Source of the DNA: Eledone cirrhosa
Lineage: Eukaryota
Assembly: GCA_964016885.1 (NCBI GenBank)
Contig: OZ024740.1
Location: 236,778,001-236,842,000 of the forward strand
Length of the DNA: 64,000 nucleotides
Reading direction: 5' to 3'
Shown: positions 28,838 through 40,561 of the stretch, piece after piece
Layout of the letters: each line of letters opens with the position of its first letter
How positions within the stretch are numbered: the first letter of the stretch is position 1
Made by a program: the position numbers and the translations under genes
Notes under the pieces: model-generated
The model's input: the letters and a program-made list of their open reading frames with translations, nothing else
Told to the model about the DNA's origin: nothing
Databases searched by the model: none

Positions 28838-29510
28838 GTAAGTATAACATGCCATATTTAACCTAACATCTTTTTTACCATCTAGTTAGGAAGAAAGGGA
28901 ATGTCTTTGACCTTTTTCAGCGCCTCCAAGACTAGTAGGAGGGAAGAAGGTATCCTCAGACCAGAAATCTTGTCAAATGCTTGCAACAGAAGGAATTCCA
29001 TTAAAGGCACCTAATGATCGGGTGGTTGAGTTAAATTGGACATTTTATTCAAATTAAATGTATTTATCATAAAAAAAAAATGTTTTTTGCAGACTTTTTG
29101 TGGGCTCACCATAATCTTTTAAGAGTTCAGGGTCTGAAAAGGATTTAATGCAGACCTAGATCAGAGTGTACTGTAATGGGACATATATGACCCAGATGTA
29201 TTCAAGTATAACTCTTATATTCTATCTGTATTACAGTGATTTGTTGACCTAGGTATACTGAAGTGTAACTGATATGACTTGGATGTACTGCATTGTAATC
29301 TACCTGTACTGGTATGTAATTGATTCACCTAGATTATGGCTGTGCAATACAGGTTATGTTAGTGTAGCCTAGCTGCACTAAAGTGTGTCAGAGACATAAT
29401 AGTAATGTAGAGACCTGTAACTGCTGGTGTTGTAGCTATGTCATTGTGATTTACAGTATGTTATGGACACTTTAAACCTGGTGGAGCTGTAATGGAATAT
29501 TATGTGTGGT

Positions 29511-30207
29511 TGTAACGATAAGTGGATGGATGGATGGGTGTAACTGTTAGTATGGTGGTTTCGATGTAAAGAAAAATACCAGGATTGTGATTTTACAAAG
29601 TTTATTTTATTATAACAATATTCAATTTGAATATTGAATGATAAAATCAATAACACAAAATATTCGTACAATAATTTGGTGGCTCTTCGAGCCACGTAAA
29701 TTCAAGTATCACAGAATACGATTATAATATAATTTGTACTGTATCAGAAAGGTACAATATGTGTAAACAGAAATGGTGCGTGTAAAAATACTGAACTCAC
29801 TATGAATGCGTGTGTGCGTATCAGTATATTTGCTTGTTTGTATTGCAGCAGGAGTCAGCGATCAGCCAGGAAGGTGAGAATCAGTGGCAGACTGGTTTTT
29901 CGTGACGAGAGCTTGTAAATGCAACTTGTCTTGTCTGTATATCACTTCTTTTCTGTTGGGGCGTAAACAACCCCTGTATTTATAAGAGTTGAACTTTGGT
30001 TAGTCTCCCAAGGGATTAGTTTGCCAAGCGTAAACTAGTCAGAAAGATGGATATATCCTCTGACCTATTTTCTGTCAGGCGTAAACACCTCTGACCTCTG
30101 TTTAGCCTCTCCCAAGGGGTTAGTCTCTTGAGCGTAAACAACTTACCACTGCTCGTCCCAGAGGCGGGAAAGCTCAGATTCGGTTTCAAATCTTCGTCGC
30201 CGTTATA
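29511..30207 (-). mobile_element. Probable solo LTR
   Basis: Short inverted termini TGTAACG...CGTTA(T)A; on the minus strand a TATAAATA (~29980) precedes AATAAA (~29605); CpG-richer than flanks; no TSD found. Confidence 0.5.
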
Positions 30208-32814
30208 GAACCATACCTTCTCTAGGTCTGAACACAGCCAATTTCTTCCAGAGGAGAAGGGAGAGTGAGTGAGTGAGAGAAAGAAGAGAAGATATAGGGG
30301 AAAAATTGACCCCAATATTAAACTGGTACTTATTTCATCAACCTCGAAAGGATGAAAGGCGAAGTTGACATTGGTATGATTTGAACTCATAGAACGTAGA
30401 AAGCCAGAATGAATACCATAAATCATTCCAACCAGCATTCTGATAATTCTACCAATTCACTACACATCATAATGGTAATATACAACAGTAAATAACTAAT
30501 CTAAGGTAGTCCTATTTGCTTATATTTAAGTATTCCAATAAATTTCCTCCGCATTAGAAGATATACTTCATATATACTATCTTCACATTGTCAAAACACT
30601 ACATCTTGTCCCCCATATTTTTCTTTCATCCTTCTTTCTTGATTACAAGAAAATAGTTCATATAGGGTTTAGATAATCATTAATATATTTCCAGTTCATC
30701 TGCCACAAACCTATTTTAATAAACAATTTTTACAATTTTTCTCTCCCTTATCTGTTGCTACTCATGTGTTTTATCTCATCAGGTATATAGGGGACTATGT
30801 TGTCTCATTTAAGGTAAGTTATTCTAGTTTACTGTATTTATTAGATATTGCTAAAGATTGTCATGTTCCATTTTATTGGTTCCAATCTGCAGTAATAGTT
30901 TGATGGCCCTTATATAGTAGTGTTGATCCTCCTCCCTAGATATATTAGAGTTCTATTTTGTTATATTCACCATTGGAAATTTCTCTATCTTTTTCCATTG
31001 ACTCATCAATAAGTGATGGCCCTGGTATTTGTCTCTCTATTTCTAACAGTTTAGTCAACAGCTTTGATATTCCCCTCACACTTACCTGCTGCCTGTCACA
31101 CTATTTCATTTACCTTTAGTCTTTTCAACCTTATTTGGTTTTCTTTATTTTATCTGTAGTCGGATTTTTTATTGTATCAGAATTTCTATAGAACATAGAG
31201 CAACTGAAATGTTTAGAAATATTTAGTCTTATATGAGTTGGAAAATGGTAAGTATTACTCTTGAAATTCCATTCTTCTGATCTCTTTTTCATTAACATAT
31301 TTAATCCATGTTGTTATTGTTTAGTCCTAGCTCAGCTCTGATCCAGCAGACCTGTGGTTAAATATGTTCTAGCCATGATTACCTGTCTTTCAGATGGTGT
31401 ATCTAATACTACCTTATCTTGTGTCATTCTGTTTTTAAGTTAGTAGGATGTGATTTAATGGTCAATTGGCTGTTGTATCTTACAGGTTCAGTGACTGCAT
31501 ATAAACTCCTTCACATTTATTTATTCCAAATTGTTTTACTTGACTCCATGGATTTTATCCAAATGGCTTGAAGTTATAACCCAATAAAACAGAAATGGAA
31601 CAATCTTAAACTAATCAATCAAAGCAAATCAACAAGTTACACAATAGTCTTACCTACCTCAGATAACCAGACTTTATTTTATAGTCAACATTTTTTTTAA
31701 TTTACAAGAACTGTCCCTCTCAGTAATGGCTGAGGTGGTGTTTTTATGTTCCTTATATGTTCCCTTTAATCTAGATAGTGACCCTGTGTCCCTTATAATG
31801 TATATAGTATCCTTATGTTCCCTATAATATAGACAATGACACAGTGTCTCCTACAATATATACAATAACCCTTTGTCCCCTATTATGTAGACAGTGACAC
31901 TGTCCTCTATAAATCAAAAGGTTACCCTACGACTTCTATAATGTAGACAGTTACCCAATGTTTCCTATAATGTAGACAGTGACTCTGTGTTTATTATAGT
32001 AAACATGTCTCCTATAATATGGAAAACGTCAAAAGTATGAAATAGAAAATCTCATAAATCATTAATGTTGATTTAAAGAAGTCAACTTCAGTGACATGTT
32101 CAAATCTGGCTGCCCATGCCTGTGGAAAATATCCACATAATTTTACTTGTCTAAATCTACTGGGTTGAAAAACAGATACAACTCTTACCACCAGTGCCAA
32201 ATTTAGGCACAAGCTAAACAAACAGCAGCTTATGACCTCATAATCCATAAGAGCCACAAAATAATTAAAAAGTGTATATATTGTCAATTTTTGTGATTCC
32301 CTCTGCTATATTTTTTTAATAAGAGTCTCCTAAGTTTTATTTAGCTTAGAGCCCCACCCAGTCTAAATCCAGCAATGCTTACCTCACAGTTCAGTGGTCT
32401 GTAATTGGGAAAACATTTATTCCAACGATTCATGAAGAAATGATTGAATTTTCAGTGCAACTGCTTCTTTTATTAGCCTCGCCATCACCTGTGGTAATGC
32501 TGCAAGTATGTTGGCTTGCAACAGAAATTTCCGATAACCCATTTGGTGTGCAACTGATTGACACACTTAGTGTTGAATTGATGGTTTTTTTATGTTTGTT
32601 TGTTTTTTCTCTCACTTTGATTATATATTACTATGTATTATATTTATAAGGTTCCTAGCAATAATTAATTGATTTCATATAATGTACTTCTATTTAATCT
32701 TATATATTTGTAATATTATTTATGCATTTGTGAATAAAGCTTAGGAAAAGAAGCAGTAAAATAACTAAATAAATGTGCTTTTATACTAAACTGTTGTTCA
32801 AATTTTTCCCTTAG

Positions 32815-32995
32815 ATTGAACTTAGTGCCTTACAGCAATGTTACCAGTCGCTGGCTTTACATATGGATATAATTTTCCGAAAACGTTTGTGGTATATAAT
32901 GCTGGAACAGTTTCTCATGAAGTATGTGTGGAGTGCTGCTGGTTTGGTGATGGTAGCAATACCTATCATAACTGCTACAGGAATCAAGGCTGATG
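32815..32995 (+). CDS. ABCD1: ABCD1/2-like exon (TMD)
   Basis: ttag|[60 protein letters not shown](G)|gtagg; 181 nt, phase 0/1. Confidence 0.96.
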
Positions 32996-33407
32996 GTAGG
33001 ATTTTGTTTTTCTCCACCTCAATCCATTATGTATACCAATATCCATGCATATATTCATACACGTGAGTATGTGTTTTGTGTTCATAGCAACCTGCTATAT
33101 ATATGATCTGACCTGATCATTGATTGTTTACTGTTAGCTGTATTAATTTTTGTCGATGACTATAATTAATGTGTAGGATATATCAATAATTTTGATATCT
33201 TTATTGGATGATTTGATGATCGCTAAGTCACTAATCATATTGAACTATTGCTGATTGTCCTGATGAATTTTTCAATTTTTTCCACCTCACTACCAAATTC
33301 TGTAGAGATATACTCTGCATTGAGTAGGACAGTGATTGGCATGTTGTTGTAGTACCATTCAATGTGTGAAGCATCTTGTGGTATTGTGATTTCATCAACC
33401 TTTTAAA

Positions 33408-33438
<31 letters not shown>

Positions 33439-33731
33439 TATAACTTTTTGGATCACAGTTCAGAGAAAGGGTACAACTCAATATGTGTTGTAGACCATAT
33501 TTATTTGATCAACCTTGGTAATTTATCTATTGCTACATTTTTTTTTTCTCACTCCATGCAATCTTTCAAGCAAAAGCAGGATAAATCAAAATTAATTTTG
33601 TTGTTGCCTGAAATTTCAGTGCAGCAGTAGATTTCACTTGCAAATATATAACATGAATTAGTTTTTACTACCAAAGATCACAATGTTTGTTATGAATTCA
33701 AAAGAGAACAAAATAGTCCATCTGGTGATTA

Positions 33732-34070
33732 TCTATGGCTCCATTAGGTCACGAATGACCATAGTTTTGCACCTAGAAAGTTTCCTTCCGAGGCACAAGC
33801 CTGGACAAGATCGTTTGTGGAAGACCAACAGTTGCCCATGCATACCAGTCTCCCCTCTTCCCACCACCGATGTTGTCCAAGGGAAAGGCAATGACCGATA
33901 CAGCTTGGCACCAGTGACGTCGCAACTCATTTCTACAGCTGAGTAAACGGGAGCAATGTGAAATAAAGTGTCTTGCTCAAGGACACAATGCATCACCCGG
34001 TCCGAGAATCAAACTCACAACCTCGATTGCAAGCTCAATGCTCTAACCACTAAGCCATGCACCTTCACTT
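33732..34070 (-). mobile_element. CORE-SINE subfamily with a different 3' half, 12-bp TSD
   Basis: tRNA head and CORE match SINE-A up to CAGCTGTAGAAATGAG, then unrelated tail; TSD ATCTGGTGATTA at 33720-33731 and 34071-34082. Confidence 0.85.
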
Positions 34071-34737
34071 ATCTGGTGATTAATATTAGTCAATATGAAA
34101 CTTATAAAATGATTGAAATTTTTGATTTCTCCCTATTCTTCATCTGTTAAACCAAGGAAACAAACCTTGTGTATGTGTGCTTGCACCTCCTTTCTAAATA
34201 AATTATGTTTCTACATTCATTTATTAAGTCTTAGAAATTAGAAGAGCAATGCTTCAGTGTAAAATAACTTCCATATAAATTTCATCATAGATGTTATCAC
34301 CTCATATCCAAATTCCTGAATGCTATATCTTAAAAGAGTTGTTGTTTACTCTCAGGTAAGCTAAAATCAAGGTTATCTCTGATCAAAGGTTTTCCAGCTA
34401 TGATCATTCTATCTTTTTCTGAGATGTAGTGTATCTCCAATCACATTATCTAACATGTCATTCTTTTTTATAGTAGTAGGGTGTAATTTGAAAGGGATTT
34501 AGTTATTTCTAGCAGGTTGAATGGTCACATATTCACTTCCTCCCTAGAAATTTCTTGGCCTATATGGAAGAGAGATATCATCATTTTGGATACTAACAGG
34601 ACAGTCTTGATGTATGTAAGATGTTAACTGTAAGTTTAGAAAAGAGGAAGAGTCAACATAATAGATGACATATTTGTTAACCTCAGATCGATTTCAGCTA
34701 TATCTAAATCTATAATATAGTTGATGAAGGATGGGTA

Positions 34738-34962
34738 AAATAGGTACATTTACTTGAGGTAAAAAATAGGTACATGTGGCTAGGACTTGAGGTCAAAAAT
34801 AGGTATATGTGGCTAGGACTTGAGGTCAAAAATAGGTACATGTGGCTAGGACTTGAGGTCAAAAATAGGTATATGTGGCTAGGACTTGAGGTCAAAAATA
34901 GGTACATGGGGCTAGGACTTGAGGTCAAAAATAGGTACATGTGGCTCAGACTTGAGGTCAAA
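34738..34962. repeat. 33-bp minisatellite, ~6.5 copies
   Basis: Unit AGGTACATGTGGCTAGGACTTGAGGTCAAAAAT. Confidence 0.95.
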
Positions 34963-35459
34963 TACAAATAGATGTGAGATAGATGAGTGTATAAAATATT
35001 GGATTACCTGTTCATATATTATAATTTCAAATCTACTGCAGATATATTATTGTTTCTGGACAGAACACTATATTCTACATGTCTTCAGTTCACGTAGCTA
35101 TCAGGTATAGACATCAAATCACCAGGGATGATCGTTACCAGATGATCACTACCCACTCTATGTTCACTGCATTTTATTTCTTTACATCATTCTATATATT
35201 CACTACACTTTGTTTATTACATTCTATTTACTATTCTGTTTACTACACTGTATTTTTACTCCTCTATGTATGTCTATATCTACTATATTCTGTATGCTCA
35301 CTACACTCTGTATGTTCAGTACACTGTATATTCCCTACACACTATATGTTCATTGCACTTTGTATGTTTACTGAATTCTAAAAGTTCACTACACTGTATA
35401 TGTCCACTACTCTCTCTATGTTCACTACAAAAATAGTGTATTGCATTGTTATATTTCAG

Positions 35460-35584
35460 GTAGCAGTGTAAATGATGAACCGGATGGAGGAGTGAGTGAA
35501 CGTACTCAGTCTTTTACCACTGCTAGGAACTTACTTATTTCAGCAGCTGATGCCACCGAACGAATGATGACTTCTTATAAAGAA
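35460..35584 (+). CDS. ABCD1: ABCD1/2-like exon
   Basis: ttcag|(G)[41 protein letters not shown]|gttagt; 125 nt, phase 1/0. Confidence 0.95.
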
Positions 35585-37093
35585 GTTAGTATGAACCTTC
35601 CACTTCTTTGTATCTTTTTGTGTTTGAGACTTTTGCTGTCTCAGGTTGTTGTCATTCACACGACTGAGATCAGAGATCAGTTTCCAGGGCCCCCTCCATG
35701 TGGAGGTTGATAACTTGGGCTCCTTCTTTGTATCCATTCATATTATCTCCTTCATGTATTTAAATTTGTATCCTTCAGCAAGTCTTAAAAAACCTGGCCT
35801 GAATCCTTGCAATAGAGTGAACTTTGATCAAAACACCCATTGACTAAGAAGTGGTGTTAATAAATGTATCCTTATTCCAGAGTAATTTGCCACTTTTACT
35901 GAAAATACTAACTTCTATATATACAAAAGGCTCATCAACTTAAACTCTATATTTCATAAATCACATACAGCTTTTTGTTATAGTATAAAAATGGGCATAG
36001 CTATATGTTAACTGACCTCTCTTTATGCCCCACAATCAATATATGGTAAATAAAACATTTTAAAGCAGCTTTATAATTATTATGTATGTAAAATGTAAAC
36101 AGAAATAACAAAGCCAATGACACAGTACAATGAAGAAATATATTAGTTTAATGCTTGAAATAATAGGAAACGGGTCTCAACATTTCGGACACTAGACCTT
36201 TATCAGAAGATAGAATGAGATATAAAAGATGAACTAGAAAGACAGAGAGTAGTGCCATATCCCACTCCTTTTATTAAAACTTTATTTTAACAATCATTGC
36301 TGTACACATGAGAAAATGCATCCAGTTGCTATAAAGTGGTTGGTAACAGGAAAAGTATCCACTAAAAAAAAATGATTCTATGTCAGCAAAAAATATGTCA
36401 CACACAATAAGAAAGATTGGCAGTCTTTTCAAATGTTTTGTGCACTAAATAAGGAATGGGAGCCACAAGTAGTAAGACTGTTGAAAATCATCTAACCCAT
36501 ATCAGTATTGAAAAACAGATATACAATCATGATGATGAAGAGATATATAAGTATCTATAATGTTTGATTATACATTATGGATCTGAAATATGCAAAGTTT
36601 ATTGCTGTATAGTTAATACAAAGCATTGTGAGATATGTAATAAAAGACTGTTAAGTTTCAAAAAGCAGTACAATGTGGTTGAAATATATAAAGTGCAAAT
36701 TATGACAGATAAAACAAAACAAAGTAATGTTTCACGAAGTATATTTCAACATGATATTTCAGAGCTATTACCATCTTTTGAAAATTTTTTTGTATTGTAG
36801 CTCTTACACTAACTCTTTAACATTTAAACCTGCCGTATCTGACCAGAATCCTCTCAACTCTTTCTGTTCAAACCAGCTGTAACCAACCACTCATACTAAT
36901 CTACTCATACTATTGATATTATGTGAGGTAAAAAGCCTTTACCATGAAAATATAATAGTAAATATAGAGTAATGTAAATGCTAAAGGGTTAAGTCAGTTT
37001 GGTCATACTAATATGTGTAGTCATTTTATTTCAATAGATTATCATTGGAATTTTAGTACTAGTTAATGAATGCATCTATTTATTCTCTTACAG

Positions 37094-37229
37094 ATTACTG
37101 AATTGGCAGGTTACACAGAGAGAGTTCACACTATGTTGGAAGTGTTTGATGACATCAAAGAAGAGATATATGTTCGAAATATAGTTTCATCCACTGACGG
37201 CCGTGCTTCTACAATGCTCAGAATAGCTG
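37094..37229 (+). CDS. ABCD1: ABCD1/2-like exon
   Basis: acag|ITELAGYTERVHTMLEVFDDIKEEIYVRNIVSSTDGRASTMLRIA(G)|gtaaat; 136 nt, phase 0/1. Confidence 0.93.
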
Positions 37230-37387
37230 GTAAATGAAACGGCTTTTCTGTCACGCACAGTCTTATTTTCTCTATTATATCTCATCTCTACTGAGATGTA
37301 ATATCTCATCTAGAGATAAGACATTACTTCTCAGTTAGACGGCATTTAATATCTTGTCCTTGACTTTAAGATTTAGTATCTCGCCTC

Positions 37388-38374
37388 TAGCAGGAGATGT
37401 GATATCTCATCAATAGCTGGGGATGTAATATCTCATCAATAGCTGGAGATGTGATATCCCATCTGTAGCAGAAGATGTGATATCCCATCTGTAGCTGGAG
37501 ATGTGATATCCCATCTGTAGCTGGAGATGTGATATCCCATCTGTAGCTGGAGATGTGATATCCCATCTGTAGCAGAAGATGTGATATCCCATCTGTAGCA
37601 GAAGATGTGATATCCCATCTGTAGCTAGAGATGGGATAGCTCATCAATAGCTGGAGATGTAATATCCCATCTGTAGCTGGAGATGTGATATCCCATCTGT
37701 AGCTGAAAAAGTGATATCTCGTCAATAGCAGATGTGATATCCCATCAATAGCAGGAGATGTGATATCCCATCAATAGCTGGGGATGTAATATCTCATCAA
37801 TAGCTGGAGATGTGATATCCCATCTGTAGCAGAAGATGTGATATCCCATCTGTAGCTGGAGATGTGATATCCCATCTGTAGCTGGAGATGTGATATCCCA
37901 TCTGTAGCTGGAGATGTGATATCCCATCTGTAGCAGAAGATGTGATATCCCATCTGTAGCTAGAGATGGGATAGCTCATCAATAGCTGGAGATGTAATAT
38001 CCCATCTGTAGCTGGAGATGTGATATCCCATCTGTAGCTGAAAAAGTGATATCTCGTCAATAGCAGATGTGATATCCCATCAATAGCAGGAGATGTGATA
38101 TCCCATCAATAGCTGGGGATGTAATATCTCATCAATAGCTGGAGATGTGATATCCCATCTGTAGCAGAAGATGTGATATCCCATCTGTAGCTGGAGATGT
38201 GATATCCCATCTGTAGCTGGAGATGTGATATCCCATCTGTAGCTGGAGATGTGATATCCCATCTGTAGCTGGAGATGTGATATCCCATCTGTAGCTGGAG
38301 ATGTGATATCCCATCTGTAGCTGGAGATGTGATATCCCATCTGTAGCTGGAGATCTGATATCTCATCTGTAGCT
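37388..38374. repeat. 26-bp minisatellite (~38 units) with higher-order structure
   Basis: Unit CTGGAGATGTGATATCCCATCTGTAG; variant units recur at 335-361 bp spacing. Confidence 0.97.
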
Positions 38375-39459
38375 TCAGTTATAACATCTTCTCTCTGGAA
38401 TGAACCTCTGTTGGTTTTGATGATGAGTGTTCCAGTTGTTCAATCAACAGAATGACTTGGGAAATTAACATACAATTTGGTGAGAATTGCAGACACGTGT
38501 GCTCATAACGTAATTTTCAGGTCGATTCAACGTAACACTATGTGGCAAGGCTGACCATTCAAATTACAAATGCAGTCAATTCAACAAGCTACCTAACAGT
38601 TTCCATCTAGCCAATTTCACTCACAAAACATGAGATTATGGTAATGACACTTGCTCAAGATGCCACACAGTGGTTGCTATTTGTAGCAGGGAACAGCCAT
38701 GCAAAGGTTTCCTTATTAGCTCTTGTAAGTGTTGTATTTTAAGCTTGCAGAGCTATTCAAACCTTGTTAGAAACATAACGTTGAAGGAGTGAGTTATTTC
38801 TATCAACCACTTCACACCTCAATACAGTGCAATAAATAAAACATTAAAGTTCTCCAAAGCAATAGAAAATCTGTAAAGAGGAAAGCTGCAGGTGATTATT
38901 CAGCAATAACATGGCAGTTGTATGATAAATGTAGGACTACAATGTCTGACTTATTTTATATTCACATAAGAAGTGTTTGATTCCTAAACCCAATCATTTC
39001 AACACTTTTCTCACAGCCTTTCCCTCACTCTCTCACCCACTATGTGGAGTGTTTATATATCAATGTGTAACTACTCTTCAGCTGATATCCATTGTAAATT
39101 CATGACAGATTGGGGTGGGGAATGTACTCTGTGTTAGGCTTTGACTACTTAAGAGTCATATATTGCTATGGATGACAAGTATGTTGAAAACATAACTAGA
39201 TTATCTAATATAAATGGTTGGAGAAATGCCTGGAGAGTATAATGGAAGTATGACCAGGGCTGGGCTTTCTTCTGATGAGGCCCTTCTCTAAAAACATTGG
39301 TGTAAATAATTTTAAATAATTATACATGATTATTATAATTTTTTTATATTCATCATCATCATCTTCATTTAACGTCCATCTTCCACGCTAGCATGGGTTA
39401 ATGATATATAAAATAATTATGAAAAAAATAAGTTGAAGCTGAAGCATATAGACAATATG

Positions 39460-39690
39460 ACCCCACACCTCTTCCATTGTAAAGTGGTTGTGTAGGTGCC
39501 ACGGTAAAAAGCACCCAGTACTCACTGTAAATGTGGTTGGTGTTAGGAAGGGCATCCAGCTGTAGAAACGAAGCCAAAATCAGTTCTATATGAGCAAGAC
39601 ATGCTCACTTGACCTGGCATTGCCCACAACAGGATAACTTGTCTAACCCATACTAGCGTGGAAACATTGATGTAAAACGATGATGACGAT
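39460..39690 (+). mobile_element. Older SINE/RTE-tail module
   Basis: CACTGTAAATGTGGTTGGTGTTAGGAAGGGCATCCAGC core plus RTE-type tail; relatives at ~20060-20385, ~36330-36540 and 60330-60576. Confidence 0.75.
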
Positions 39691-39819
39691 ATACATATAT
39701 ATATACACCTATATATATATACACACACACACACACACATATATACATATATATACTCATATATATATACACACACATATATATATGTATATATATACAC
39801 ACACACACATATATATATT

Positions 39820-40150
39820 CATTTCATTTCATTTCATTTTATGTCCACTTTTCCCTGCTTGCAAGGGTGGGACGGGAACTGATTCTGGCTTGATTTCTAC
39901 AGCTGGATGCCCTTCCTAACACCAACCTCATTTACAGTGAGTGCTGGGTGCTTTTTTGCCGTGGCACCTCCACGACCACTTTGCAGTGGAATGATAGGGA
40001 CCCCAGTCCCTATCATCTCATTTCTACAGCTGAGTAAACTGGAGCAATGTGAAATAAAATGTCTTGCTCAAGGAAACAACACATCACCCGGTCTGAGAAT
40101 TGAACTCACAACCTTTCGATTGCAAGGCTCTAACCACTAAGCCATGTGCC
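39820..40150 (-). mobile_element. CORE-SINE (SINE-A)
   Basis: Near-identical to 12795-13128. Confidence 0.9.
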
Positions 40151-40188
40151 TCCATGTGCCTCATATGTATATATATATATATATATAC

Positions 40189-40224
<36 letters not shown>

Positions 40225-40561
40225 GTGTATATTATATATATAATATATACACGCACACATATATCTATATATACACACGTACACACATATATATATATGT
40301 AATGTGGTCGTGTAGACAACACGGTAAAAACCTCCCAGACCCACACTGTAAATGTGGTTGGTGTTAGGAAGGGCATCCAGCTGTAGAAAACCCGCCAGAT
40401 AGTCCTATGCGAGCAAGACAATCACTCTTGCCTCAAGTGGGAAAACCCCCGTCCAAACCCATGCAAGCGTGGAACACGGACGTTAAACGTTGATGATGAT
40501 GATGATATATATACACACACACACACATTATATATGATGATATATATATATATATATATAT

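Noticed and set aside
30560-31050. Possible old RT fragment on the minus strand (FVADE-like)
   Set aside because: Too degraded to call without a profile search.
37388-38374. CRISPR-like array of 26-bp palindromic repeats
   Set aside because: Units are directly adjacent with no unique spacers, there are no cas genes, and it lies in a eukaryotic intron.
39268-39300. CTGATGAGG hammerhead-like start
   Set aside because: No proper stem II or GAAA partner; too degenerate to support.
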